Shown piece by piece: positions 54,888 to 64,000 of a stretch of DNA of 64,000 bases. Location: the NCBI GenBank assembly GCA_963803435.1, contig CAWDML010000001.1, positions 2,336,001-2,400,000 on the forward strand. Reading direction: 5' to 3'. The position numbers and the translations under genes were made by a program. How positions within the stretch are numbered: position 1 is the stretch's first letter; each line of letters starts with the position of its first letter. Origin of the DNA: an uncultured delta proteobacterium. GTDB taxonomy: Bacteria; Myxococcota; Kuafuiibacteriia; Kuafuiibacteriales; Kuafuiibacteriaceae. The notes under the pieces are model-generated. The model was not told the DNA's origin and did no database searches. It saw nothing but the letters and a program-made list of their open reading frames with translations.

Positions 54888-55908
54888 TCAGTCCGGATCC
54901 TCCACCAGATCTCGCTCCCAGTGATACCGGCCCACGGGATCCCGGGCGTCGCGCCGGGCGATGACCAGGCGGTGGCCCTCGATGGCCTCGCGGATCACGC
55001 CGGGCAGGCTCTCCAGTGTGACCCGGTCGTCATGTCCAGCCAGGCAGATGCCCGCGTCGACCACGCGCAGCGTGTCGCGCTCGACGAGCGTGAGAAAGCG
55101 CTCGCCCATGAAGCGATAGGTCACCTCGAGCAAGCCGCCGTCGAGCCGCCGGCTGTCGAGGAGCTGTGCGCCCGCCGAGAGAAGCGCGCGCTCGGCCCGC
55201 TCCTCGACGTCGATCTCTCGCCCCGCCCGGTCGGCCATGATCTCCTGCGTGCGCTGGCGGGCCGCCTGGAACTGCTGCTTCTGAGCGAGCCAGCGCTCGT
55301 GGGCCTGACGCTCGCCGGCGATGCGCGCGAGCTCGGCTTCCGCGATCGCACGTCCGTCGTCGCGATCGGCGATCTCCACGATGCGACCGGCGATCTCCGC
55401 CGGCGACACCGGGACGCCGAGCCGTCGCGACACCTCGCTGACGACCGCGTAGCCGAACGCACCGCGCAGCGTCGCGGGGATACCGCGCTCGCCCGACAGG
55501 GATCTCCCGATCCTCCAGCGCCCGGCGCGCCGACTCCTCGGCCTCCGTGTCGAAGTCGACGCTCTCGAAGATCAACTGTCCACCCGCCCAGCGGCGGGCG
55601 CGAACGAGCGAGAAGCGCGCGGGTTGATCGGCCGGGAGAAAGAAGAGGAGCTCGGCGATCGCCCCGGTCCGAAAGAGACGATCGCCGAGCAGATGCCCGC
55701 GGACCGGCGGCAGCTTCTCGAGCTCCGCCGGCTCCGGCTCGGCGGGTTCGAGCGCACGGGCGTTGCGCCCCCGGATCTCGAAGCGCCACCAGCCGAGCTC
55801 GAGCACGTGCTCGAGGCGGAGCGTCCGGTCGGACGTCTCCAGGAGCCGGCCGCCGAAGTGCGGAAGGATCCGAGTCTCCGTCTTGCCCAGGAATCTTCGG
55901 TAGTCCAT
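54888..55908 (-). CDS. Hypothetical protein with a possible C-terminal E2-like domain (frameshift near 55500)
   Basis: Two frames join; VVDAGICLAGHDDRVTLESLPGVIREAI. Confidence 0.6.
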
Positions 55909-55927
55909 CGCGTGGGGAATCGATCGC

Positions 55928-57697
55928 CTAGGCAGGCTTCTGGAGGATCGGCGTCTTCATCACCTTCTCGACCCACATCGACGGAACCACCGCGATGCCG
56001 CCGGCGATCACCGGCGCGTCGAGCAGGGCCTTCAGCACGCGCGGCACCTGGTACGGATCGTCGAACGAGGACGCCTCAATCTCGCTAAACGGCACCTGGA
56101 GCGCCGCCGCCGCGCCGCGGACCGTCAGGCCTCGGCCCATGCCGGCGACCGCGACGATGAGCGCCATCGCGGCCGGACGGTACCCGAGATCCGTCAGCAC
56201 CTGCGCGAAGGTCTGGCCCGCCTCACCCGCCTCGTCGCCGGCGGCGATCAGGATCAGCTTCGCCTCGGGTCGGATCCGGAGGCCGTCACGATGGAGCGCC
56301 GCCGCGCCCGCGCCGTAGGTCGTGCCACCGCTCGCCCGGAGGTCACGCAGCATGTGCTGCACTGCGAGGCGCGAGGCGGCTTTCGGACGGAGCACGGTTC
56401 CCGACGTGTCGAACGCCGCCACGTGCAGGCGCTCGAGCGGGAAGCCGGCGAGGATCCGCGAGAGCGCCTCCTTCGACTGCTCGATGGCGCCCTCCATCGA
56501 ACCCGACTTGTCGATCAGGAAGATGACCTCGAGGTCGCCGTCCCGCGTGGCCTCGGAGACCGCGACCTTCACCGCATGATCGGCCGCCTCCTCCAGCTTC
56601 TCCTTGAGGGCGCGGCTCTTCACGTTCTTCGCCACGTTGAGCGCCCGCTGATCCGTCGCGGTCCGGATGGCCGCCTCCCAGCGCGCCTTGATCTCCCGAT
56701 CCTCGAGGAGACCGAGCGACTCGAGCGTCGGCGTCATCATCCGCAGGTCGCGATCGGAGAGCGACGGCAGCAGCACCGCCATGATCGCCGGCGTCAGGCC
56801 GACCTCCTTCGGCAGCCGACCCACGGTCTCCTTGTAGCCGAGCTTCTCCTCCACGATGCGGGCGCAGATCTCCTCCTCGGAGAGGCCGTCGAACCGCATG
56901 CTCTTCTTCAGGTTGAGATCCGTCAGACCGATCGTCCGGTGACCGTCGTCCGCCTGGCTCTGCCGCCAGCCGAGGACCTCGAAGAACGCCTGAGTCTGGG
57001 GACGGTAGCCGGCCTTGCGGGCGAGCTTCTTGATAGTCTCCTTGAAGCCGGCCTTCACCAGGCCCTCGAGCATCGGCAGGTTGCTCTCGCGCATCGCCAG
57101 CCACTGCTTGGCCGCGCTCTTCCAGCGACCGAGCGGCGGCTTCTTCGACGCCGGGTCGCCGAAGCCGGCCTTCCGGTTGATCACCGCAATCGCGTCCACC
57201 GCGAGCAGCTCGGCCACGCGCAGCACGCCCTTCGGGTTGAGCATGCGGGTCGAGCCCTTCTGGTAGAAGAGGATCATCGCCTCGCCGACGGCACGGTAGT
57301 CGTCGTCGAGGAACTCGATCGCGCCGTCGTCGCCGCGGATCGGCGCGCCTGCGCGCGGCTGCACCAGCATGAGCGCGCAGGTCGCCACCTTGAGATCGCG
57401 CCAGTCGGTCTCGAGCAGCGCGTAGGACGCGAAGTGCGCCATCAGCTCCGGGTTGAGCTGAAAGAGCTCGAGCAGGCGGGTGTAGAGCTCGACGGCGGCC
57501 GGCACGTGCAGGCCAGGTCGAACGGGCGCCGCGCCCGGGAGCAGCGCCTTCCGGATCGCCTTGGCGGCGACCCAGCGACCGTTGAGATCGACGCCGGGAC
57601 GGTTGTGCCAGAGGTGAGCACCGGAGCGGAGGACCAGGTCGAGCAGGCGCTCGGCCGGACCGCGCTGAGCCTCGGGGATGAGCGGAATGTCAGTCAT
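55928..57697 (-). CDS. Divergent Ro60/Rsr-like TROVE-vWA protein
   Basis: Basic helical N-region (NPELMAHFASYA..WRD), C-terminal vWA with DKSGSM; adjacent Y-like RNAs. Confidence 0.7.
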   Translation of the reverse strand: MTDIPLIPEAQRGPAERLLDLVLRSGAHLWHNRPGVDLNGRWVAAKAIRKALLPGAAPVRPGLHVPAAVELYTRLLELFQLNPELMAHFASYALLETDWRDLKVATCALMLVQPRAGAPIRGDDGAIEFLDDDYRAVGEAMILFYQKGSTRMLNPKGVLRVAELLAVDAIAVINRKAGFGDPASKKPPLGRWKSAAKQWLAMRESNLPMLEGLVKAGFKETIKKLARKAGYRPQTQAFFEVLGWRQSQADDGHRTIGLTDLNLKKSMRFDGLSEEEICARIVEEKLGYKETVGRLPKEVGLTPAIMAVLLPSLSDRDLRMMTPTLESLGLLEDREIKARWEAAIRTATDQRALNVAKNVKSRALKEKLEEAADHAVKVAVSEATRDGDLEVIFLIDKSGSMEGAIEQSKEALSRILAGFPLERLHVAAFDTSGTVLRPKAASRLAVQHMLRDLRASGGTTYGAGAAALHRDGLRIRPEAKLILIAAGDEAGEAGQTFAQVLTDLGYRPAAMALIVAVAGMGRGLTVRGAAAALQVPFSEIEASSFDDPYQVPRVLKALLDAPVIAGGIAVVPSMWVEKVMKTPILQKPA

Positions 57698-57709
57698 AGA
57701 AAAAAGGGG

Positions 57710-57850
57710 TGCGTCCGAGTGAGGGAGCCGCGAATGAAACCTGTCGCTCTGTCCACTGAGCTACCGCTCCATAACATGCGGAGCGGGTTGGGATCGAACC
57801 AACGACCTACGGGTGAGCTTTTGCTTGTTGGGCCTCGTCGGCCGGACGCA
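57710..57850 (-). ncRNA. YrlA-like Y RNA with a circularly permuted tRNA domain
   Basis: T arm GTTGG-TTCGATC-CCAAC, then looped acceptor CCGCTCC-N9-GGAGCGG, then TA and D arm GCTC-AGTGGACA-GAGC; closing stem TGCGTCCG/CGGACGCA followed by a U-tract. Confidence 0.85.
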
Positions 57851-57864
57851 AACTGAATTCGCCC

Positions 57865-57892
57865 ACTTTAGGGCGCGCGCGCCGGGCGTCAA
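57865..57892 (-). promoter_or_regulatory. Promoter for the Y RNA/Ro operon
   Basis: TTGACG-N16-TAAAGT. Confidence 0.55.
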
Positions 57893-59361
57893 GCGGCCCC
57901 CGAAAGATCGCGCTCCAGCCGGCGCAAGAGACCGTCCGGCTCGGCCACCGCCCACGCCACGATCTCGTCGGCGCGCGCCTGGGTGTCCGCGACCGCGTAC
58001 AGCCGGAGCTGCGGCGCGTTCCCGGACGGTCTGAGGTGCGCGATCTCACCGTTGTCGAAGTAGATGCGGAGCCCGTCGAGGTCCTCCGTGCGGACCACCG
58101 CGCCGAAGCCGTCCTTCGCGGTGAAGTAGCGGCCGATCAACGCGTGATCGAGCCTCGAGAGGATCGTCTTGCTGACCTCGACCGGGAAGTCGTCGAGGAG
58201 CCCGGCGCGCGTGGCCCGCTTCGGAAGATCGTCGAACAGGCCGGAGAGCGGAACGCGGCGCTCCCCGGCGACCAGCAGCGCGGCCAGGATCGGCAGCATC
58301 GCGTCGCGCGTGGGGAGCGCGCGGAGCACGCCGCCACCCACCTCGAAGTCGCTGCCGAGCAGGAAGCCGCCGTTCGCCTCCCAGCCGACGATCGCCTTCT
58401 TGCCGCGACTGCGGGCCGCCGTCATCGCTTCGATTACGAACGGCGATCCGATCCGCGTCTTCTCGAGCTCGATCGCCGGCGTCGAACCGGCGAAGAATCG
58501 ATCCACTGCGTCGCTGGTGCTCACCGGGACCGCGGCGTAGTCGGCGCCGAGCCAGCGGGCCACGATGGCGCCGAGCACGTCGCCGCGGTGGAATCGTCCG
58601 GTCTCGTCGACCACCAGCGGGCGATCGCCGTCGCCGTCGGTCGACACCAGCGCATCACCGCGGCCGCGCTCGACCATCTCACCGTAGCGCCGCTCGTCCT
58701 CGACGCTCACGTCCTCGGTGTCGACCGCGACGAAGGCCTCGCTCCGGCCCTCGGCGATCACCTCGGCGCCCAGCCCCTCGAGGACGCTCGTCAGGAGGTC
58801 GCGGCCAACCGCAGAGTGCTGATAGACGACGATGCGCCGGCTCGCGAGCGGCCGCGCGCGCCCGAACAGCTCCAGATAGCGCGACACGTATGCGTCGGCG
58901 CCCCTCGGATCAATCGGCTCCGCGCTCGACTCCGTACGAATGCGGTCCGGCTCCTTTCGCACCTTCGCGACGGCGGCGAGAATGCCGGCTTCGTCGCTCT
59001 TCAGGATCTCGCCCGTCGGCCGGTAGAACTTCACACCGTTCCGGTCCGCTGGGATGTGACTCCCCGTGATCATGACGCCCGGAATGGCGGAGCCGAACGC
59101 GCGGTACGCCAGCGCCGGCGTGGGGACGCGGCCGAGGTGCACCGGCGTGTGGCCGGCGTCGCGGATCGCCCTCGCCACCGCACGCCCGATCCGGGCGCTG
59201 CTCTCCCGCAGATCCTCGGCGACCGCGACGTGACTCCCACCACGAACCTCGCCGTGCTCGGTCAAATAGCGGAGGAAACCGAGCGTGTTCACATGGACTT
59301 CGAAGTCGGACATGTCGACCACCCGCCCTCGAAGACCGCTCGTACCGAACTTCAGCTCCAC
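57889..59361 (-). CDS. manB: Phosphomannomutase
   Basis: FGTSGLRG, ITGSHIP, DGDGDR, RPSGNAP. Confidence 0.88.
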   Translation of the reverse strand: MELKFGTSGLRGRVVDMSDFEVHVNTLGFLRYLTEHGEVRGGSHVAVAEDLRESSARIGRAVARAIRDAGHTPVHLGRVPTPALAYRAFGSAIPGVMITGSHIPADRNGVKFYRPTGEILKSDEAGILAAVAKVRKEPDRIRTESSAEPIDPRGADAYVSRYLELFGRARPLASRRIVVYQHSAVGRDLLTSVLEGLGAEVIAEGRSEAFVAVDTEDVSVEDERRYGEMVERGRGDALVSTDGDGDRPLVVDETGRFHRGDVLGAIVARWLGADYAAVPVSTSDAVDRFFAGSTPAIELEKTRIGSPFVIEAMTAARSRGKKAIVGWEANGGFLLGSDFEVGGGVLRALPTRDAMLPILAALLVAGERRVPLSGLFDDLPKRATRAGLLDDFPVEVSKTILSRLDHALIGRYFTAKDGFGAVVRTEDLDGLRIYFDNGEIAHLRPSGNAPQLRLYAVADTQARADEIVAWAVAEPDGLLRRLERDLSGAA

Positions 59362-59426
59362 GAGCGGAAGTTCATCCCTGGGGCACGATGTGCCGTCAAG
59401 CCCGGTGCCGTGATAGCTTCCGCGCG

Positions 59427-61049
59427 ATGATCCGCGAGCGGGGCAAAGGTGTGACCGCGGACGAGGTCGCCCGCACCCTCCAGGCCTTCGCGCGCGCCGC
59501 TGACAGCAAGAAGTCGTACCCGGCGCGCCATGCGGTGGTGGCGCGCGCCATGACGGATCTGACGCAGGCGTTCGACGCGCTCCTCAAGGAGATTCCGGAG
59601 GTGACGTTCGACGTCGGGCAAGACGCGATCACGTTCCAGGGCGAGAAGGTCCTCGAGGGCACGCTCCCCGAGACCTCCATCCCGATGGCGCTGCACCGGG
59701 ACGGGTTGAGACGGATTGGCTTCTCACGGGGTCTGACCGCCGCCGAGCTCGAGGTGGTCGTGTCCGCGACGGCGCAGGGGCTCTCGTTCGCCGGAATGGG
59801 GGAAGACATCGTCTCCACGCTCTGGCGCTACCAGCTCGCGCACGTCTGGTACCTGGGCTCGGCCGAGGCCCTCGACGCCCGACTGCAGGGCGAGCTCGAG
59901 TCGCTGGTCGAGACCCTCGACCCGGGAGGCGATCGGACGCCCAGCACCGAGGCGTTCCAACCAATCAATCGGTACGCGTCCACCCCGGCCTACCGCGACG
60001 AGCTGCTCCGCGAGCTGGTCCTCGAAGACGAGCACACGGTCGCAGGCCGCGCCACGCGCGTGCTCATGCATGCGTGGAGGGAGCCGCGCCGCCCTGAGGA
60101 CATCGAGGGCACCGCCAGCATCCTATTGAAGATGTTCGACGCCGCGCTGGTCGACGACGACGCCCGACTCGCGACCACGATCGCGCGCGCCGTGAAGATG
60201 CTCCCCGACGGGACGGAGCGCGCCGTCACGTGGCTCAAGGAGGCCGGGGCGGAGGCGAGGCTGCGTCGTCTCATCGCGATGCTGGCGGATCAGCCGGCCC
60301 AGCAGGAGGACGTGCTCGGCGTGATCGATGCGATCGGCCGGCCCGCGGTGCCGGCCCTGTTCGCGCTGCTGCCCGCCCTCACGGAGCCGGCACACCGGCG
60401 CGCCGTGTCGGAGCGGATCGTCCGCTACGGCGTCGACGACCTGGGCACGGTCAAGGAGCTGATCAACCGAGATCCGACGTTTCTCGCGCAGGAGGCCATC
60501 TTCATCCTCGGCCGGCTGGCGACGCCCGAAGCGCAGAGCTCGATCCGCGACGCACGCCTCCATCCGAAGCTGCACGTGCGGCTGGCGCTGGTCGAGTCGC
60601 TGCGCCACGTCCCCGCCGAGTTGGCGCTGGCCATCGCGCTGGAGCTGCTGCAGAAGGAGGAGGATCCGAAGGTCCTGGCGGCCACCGCCCGATCCCTCCC
60701 CCGCTACAAGACCAAGGAGACCGCCGACGCGCTCGACACCGCTGCCAACCGGTTGACCGAGCGGCCCCTCCCTTTCGACACCAAGCTGGCGATCTTGATC
60801 AGCTTCGCGGCGGTGAACCCGGGGCGGGCCGTGCCGCTGCTCGCGCGCTACGTGAAGCGCGGCGAAGGCCTCCTCGTCCGCCGAGATGCCGAGGAGCTGG
60901 CGGCGGCGGCGGTGCGTGCGCTCGGCTCGATCCGAGGCCAGCGCACCCACGAGATCGTGGAGAAGGCGTCGCAGTCGAGAAGCAAGCTGGTGAAGGAAGC
61001 CGCCCGCGACGTCCTCCAGCAGGCCCAGGCCCAGGGAGACACGCCGTGA
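59427..61049 (+). CDS. HEAT-repeat protein
   Basis: Helical repeats; N-terminal YPARH motif. Confidence 0.7.
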   Translation: MIRERGKGVTADEVARTLQAFARAADSKKSYPARHAVVARAMTDLTQAFDALLKEIPEVTFDVGQDAITFQGEKVLEGTLPETSIPMALHRDGLRRIGFSRGLTAAELEVVVSATAQGLSFAGMGEDIVSTLWRYQLAHVWYLGSAEALDARLQGELESLVETLDPGGDRTPSTEAFQPINRYASTPAYRDELLRELVLEDEHTVAGRATRVLMHAWREPRRPEDIEGTASILLKMFDAALVDDDARLATTIARAVKMLPDGTERAVTWLKEAGAEARLRRLIAMLADQPAQQEDVLGVIDAIGRPAVPALFALLPALTEPAHRRAVSERIVRYGVDDLGTVKELINRDPTFLAQEAIFILGRLATPEAQSSIRDARLHPKLHVRLALVESLRHVPAELALAIALELLQKEEDPKVLAATARSLPRYKTKETADALDTAANRLTERPLPFDTKLAILISFAAVNPGRAVPLLARYVKRGEGLLVRRDAEELAAAAVRALGSIRGQRTHEIVEKASQSRSKLVKEAARDVLQQAQAQGDTP

Positions 61050-63326
61050 ATCGGCAACCGTCGACACCCCCGATCACCACCAAGCTGCACCCGGCGGCGA
61101 TCGAGCAGGCCCGCAGCCTCCTCTCCTCGATCTTCCTGGGGATGAGGACCGCCCAGACGCACGAGTTCTCGAACCGCGCCTTCGACAACGCGACGCGCAT
61201 CATGTTTCAAGCCGCCAGTCAGCTGTACAGCGCAATCGGTGGCTTCTCGATCCAGTTCGCGGACGCGAGCGCGTTGATCAACGGACAGCGCGTGCAGTTC
61301 GACTCGAGCGCCGAGCAATCACTCGATTCGATCAAGCGAATCCTCGAGTCGGGAGGACTGAGCGGCATCGAGATGCGCAACCCGCCCACCGAGGCGACGA
61401 TGCGCAAGCTGATCCTGCTCTTCTGCCCGAAGGGCGCACGCACGAACGGACGCCCGGCCGTAGAGACGCTCGCGACGGAGGCCGAGGCGCCCAATCCCCG
61501 GACGCGCGCGATCCACGCCTACGCGAAGCTGATCCTGTCGCGGCGCGGCGAGCCCGTCGGGGTCCAGCGCGCGCTGCGGGAGCTGGTCGAGATCGGATCC
61601 GAGCGGCCCGATCTTCTGCTCGAGCTCTCGAGTCGAGGCGAGGAGCGGCAAACCGCCGGCGTCGCGCTGGTGGCGCTGGTCCTGGGCGCTGCTCTCGGCC
61701 TGGGTCGCGACGAGCTCCTGCAGCTCACCTCGGCGGCGCTGATGCCGCACGTCCCTGACGGTCCGGTGGGGCGGAACGCCTACCTCCGGATCGCGGTGAC
61801 AGGAGAGCAGGATGAGCCCTCGATCGAGCCTGCGTCCCACCTCTTCTCGAGGATCGCCGCGGTCGCTCTGCGTTACCAGCAGCTCACCTGCGGCTCGGAC
61901 AGCGGCGGCGATCGGGGAACGAGCCCGATCGAGTCGGTCGCGCGACTCGCCGGCGAAGAGAGCGCTCGGTTCGACCCGCGGATCGTCGATCTGTTGATCA
62001 ACGTCCTCCGGATCTTCCCGCCCGGTACGCAGGTCGTGCTGGACAGCGGCGAGAACGCGACGGTCATCGGCGTCGGCGATCGCTGGGACCGACCCCAGGT
62101 GCGGACCGACGACGAAGATCGCGAGCCGCGCGTCATCGATCTGGCGAGCGAGCTGACGACCTCCGTCGTGGCCACGCGGGCCTTCGTGGGGAGCGCGCTC
62201 CGCATCAACCTCGAGGAGGTGGAGGAGGTCCCGGCGATCTTCGACGAGACGAAGCTGACCGAGCTCGAGGTCGGTCAGATGGGAGAGCTCGAGACCGAGG
62301 ATCGGGAGCCCATCACCGAGGAGCGACCGGCGCCCGACATCATCCCAATCGGGGACCTGGGCGCGATCCCGGTCGAGTTCGGCCCTGAGCCGCTCACCGA
62401 TGCCGATGAGGGGACGGACCCTGCGACCCAGCTCGACCGGCTCGAGATCGCCGAGACCGGACCGATCGAGCCGCTGCTGCCCGCCGGCGAGCCGGAGCCG
62501 CTGACCGAGGACACCGCGATCTCCGAGATCGACGAGCTCAAGGAGCGCCTCGAACGCCGGCGCCGGCGCGAGGCGGAGCGGACCCGCGCGCGCCGGACCA
62601 GCCGCATCGAGCACCTCGCGGAGCAGATCGCCGCATATCGCGCCGAGCGCGAGGAGCTGGTCGACGAGGCCGCCTCGCTCGACAAGGACGCCACCGCCGC
62701 CGAGCGGCTGGCCGAGACGGTCGCCGCCAAGCAGATCGATCTCGAGGTGACGCTCAAGGAGATCCATCCCACGATGACCGAGCTCGCCCACGAGCTCGAC
62801 GAGCTCTGGGCCAAGCGCCAGACTCTCGGTGAGCGCGCGAACGAGCTCGAGCACCGCGCGATCGCCGGACGCGCCGACGCCCGCGACGCCGAGGAGAAGG
62901 CCGACGAGGCCGACCACGAGGCGCAGCAACGCGCCGACCGGATCGCCGAGCTCGAAGCCGAGCTCGAGCAGCTACGCTCGGAGTTCGAGGATCTCGAGCG
63001 CGCCGCCGACACGTTCCGCAACGCCGCCGCCGAGGAGCAGCGGATCGCCGCCGACGCCGAAAAGGCCGCCGAGGCCCTCCGCGACGAGGGCCAGGTCGAC
63101 CTCCCCGAGCTGACCGCCAAGGAGGAGCGCCTCGACGCGATGCGCGACCGCGTCCACCAGCTGGAGGCCGAGAGGCTCGCCCTGGTCCAGAACGCCGAAA
63201 ACGCCAAGGCCATCGCCGAGGAGGCCCGGGACCGCGTGAACCGGGCCCGGGCGCGGATCGCCGAGGCCGACGCCACCCTGGAGGCGCTCGAGGCCGAGCT
63301 CGAGGGGCTCGAATCCTCCCGGCTAG
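61046..63326 (+). CDS. Degenerate HD-GYP-like protein with a long acidic coiled coil (not in the ORF track)
   Basis: GTG overlaps the upstream TGA; FSRIAAVA, FDPRIVDLLINVLRIFPPGTQVVLDSGE; TAG 63324 lies one base out of frame. Confidence 0.65.
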
Positions 63327-63422
63327 ATCCGTTCGTTGGCTGTTTCGTCGTCCTGTCCGCGTACAAACGCGCACATCGCATCCTGTTGCACGGATGTCCA
63401 AACGGCTTACTTTGTCTCAAGC

Positions 63423-63680
63423 GTGAGCGCGCACCCCGAAGACGCCGACACGGTCGACATCGAGCAGGACACCGAGGACGTCGAGGACGAAGAGGCGCTC
63501 CGCAAGTCGACCGAGCCGACCGAGCCCGACTCGAACCCCAAGCAATCGCCGAGACGGATCCGCATGCCGTCGAAGGTGGAGATCATCCAGGCGGTGGAGT
63601 CGGTGGGCACGGAGTCGATCGAGGTCGACGCGGTGACGCGCGAGGCGGCAAACCTGCCGCAGGTCGACGACGTGGAGTAG
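63423..63680 (+). CDS. Small acidic hypothetical protein
   Basis: GTG start downstream of TTGCAC-N16-TACTTT; host-like codons. Confidence 0.45.
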   Translation: MSAHPEDADTVDIEQDTEDVEDEEALRKSTEPTEPDSNPKQSPRRIRMPSKVEIIQAVESVGTESIEVDAVTREAANLPQVDDVE

Positions 63681-63685
63681 CTCCG

Positions 63686-64000
63686 CTACCCGTGAAAGAC
63701 GGCCTCGACGTTGTGCCCGTCGGGATCGATCACGAACGCACCGTAATAGTTTGGGTGGTAATGCGGCCGCACGCCCGGCGTCCCGTTGTCCTTCGCCCCT
63801 GCAGCGATCGCCGCCTTGTAGAAGGCATCGACGTCCGCGCGACTCCCAGCGCCGAAGCACACGTGCACCGGCGTGATCACCTGAATCTGCTCCTCCGTCT
63901 GGAACGTGGTCGTCCCCGCGCCGATCCAGAACTCCGGCTTCTTTCCACGACCGTAGCCCGCCGCCGTCCCGTACTCCATGACCAGCTCGATCCCGAGCGG
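63686..64000 (-). CDS. VOC/glyoxalase family protein (5' end outside the window)
   Basis: HVCFGA, VDAFYKAA, YYGAFVIDPDGHNVEAV. Confidence 0.9.
   Translation of the reverse strand, partial: PLGIELVMEYGTAAGYGRGKKPEFWIGAGTTTFQTEEQIQVITPVHVCFGAGSRADVDAFYKAAIAAGAKDNGTPGVRPHYHPNYYGAFVIDPDGHNVEAVFHG

Noticed and set aside
57740-57808. Ordinary tRNA gene
   Set aside because: The halves are in reversed order, with no anticodon loop or CCA end; it fits a YrlA-type mimic better.

Overview
High-GC bacterial DNA. The gene content (TIGR02996 proteins, an MXAN_5808-like S41 protease, PEGA kinase, sigma-54 system) points to a Myxococcota-like deltaproteobacterium (inference). About 57 genes, several split by single-base indels that look like long-read errors. 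Housekeeping genes include argC-argB, groES-groEL, a phosphomannomutase and an acyl-CoA dehydrogenase. Two standouts. (1) A minus-strand operon at 53171-57892: a divergent Ro60/TROVE-vWA protein, two related Y-RNA-like elements (one with a circularly permuted tRNA domain), and a candidate ubiquitin-like cascade (E2-like, JAB, Ubl, E1/ThiF) plus SseB. (2) A full-length, intronless homologue of eukaryotic PRMT5 at 37754-39357. All family calls come from motif recognition; no searches were run.
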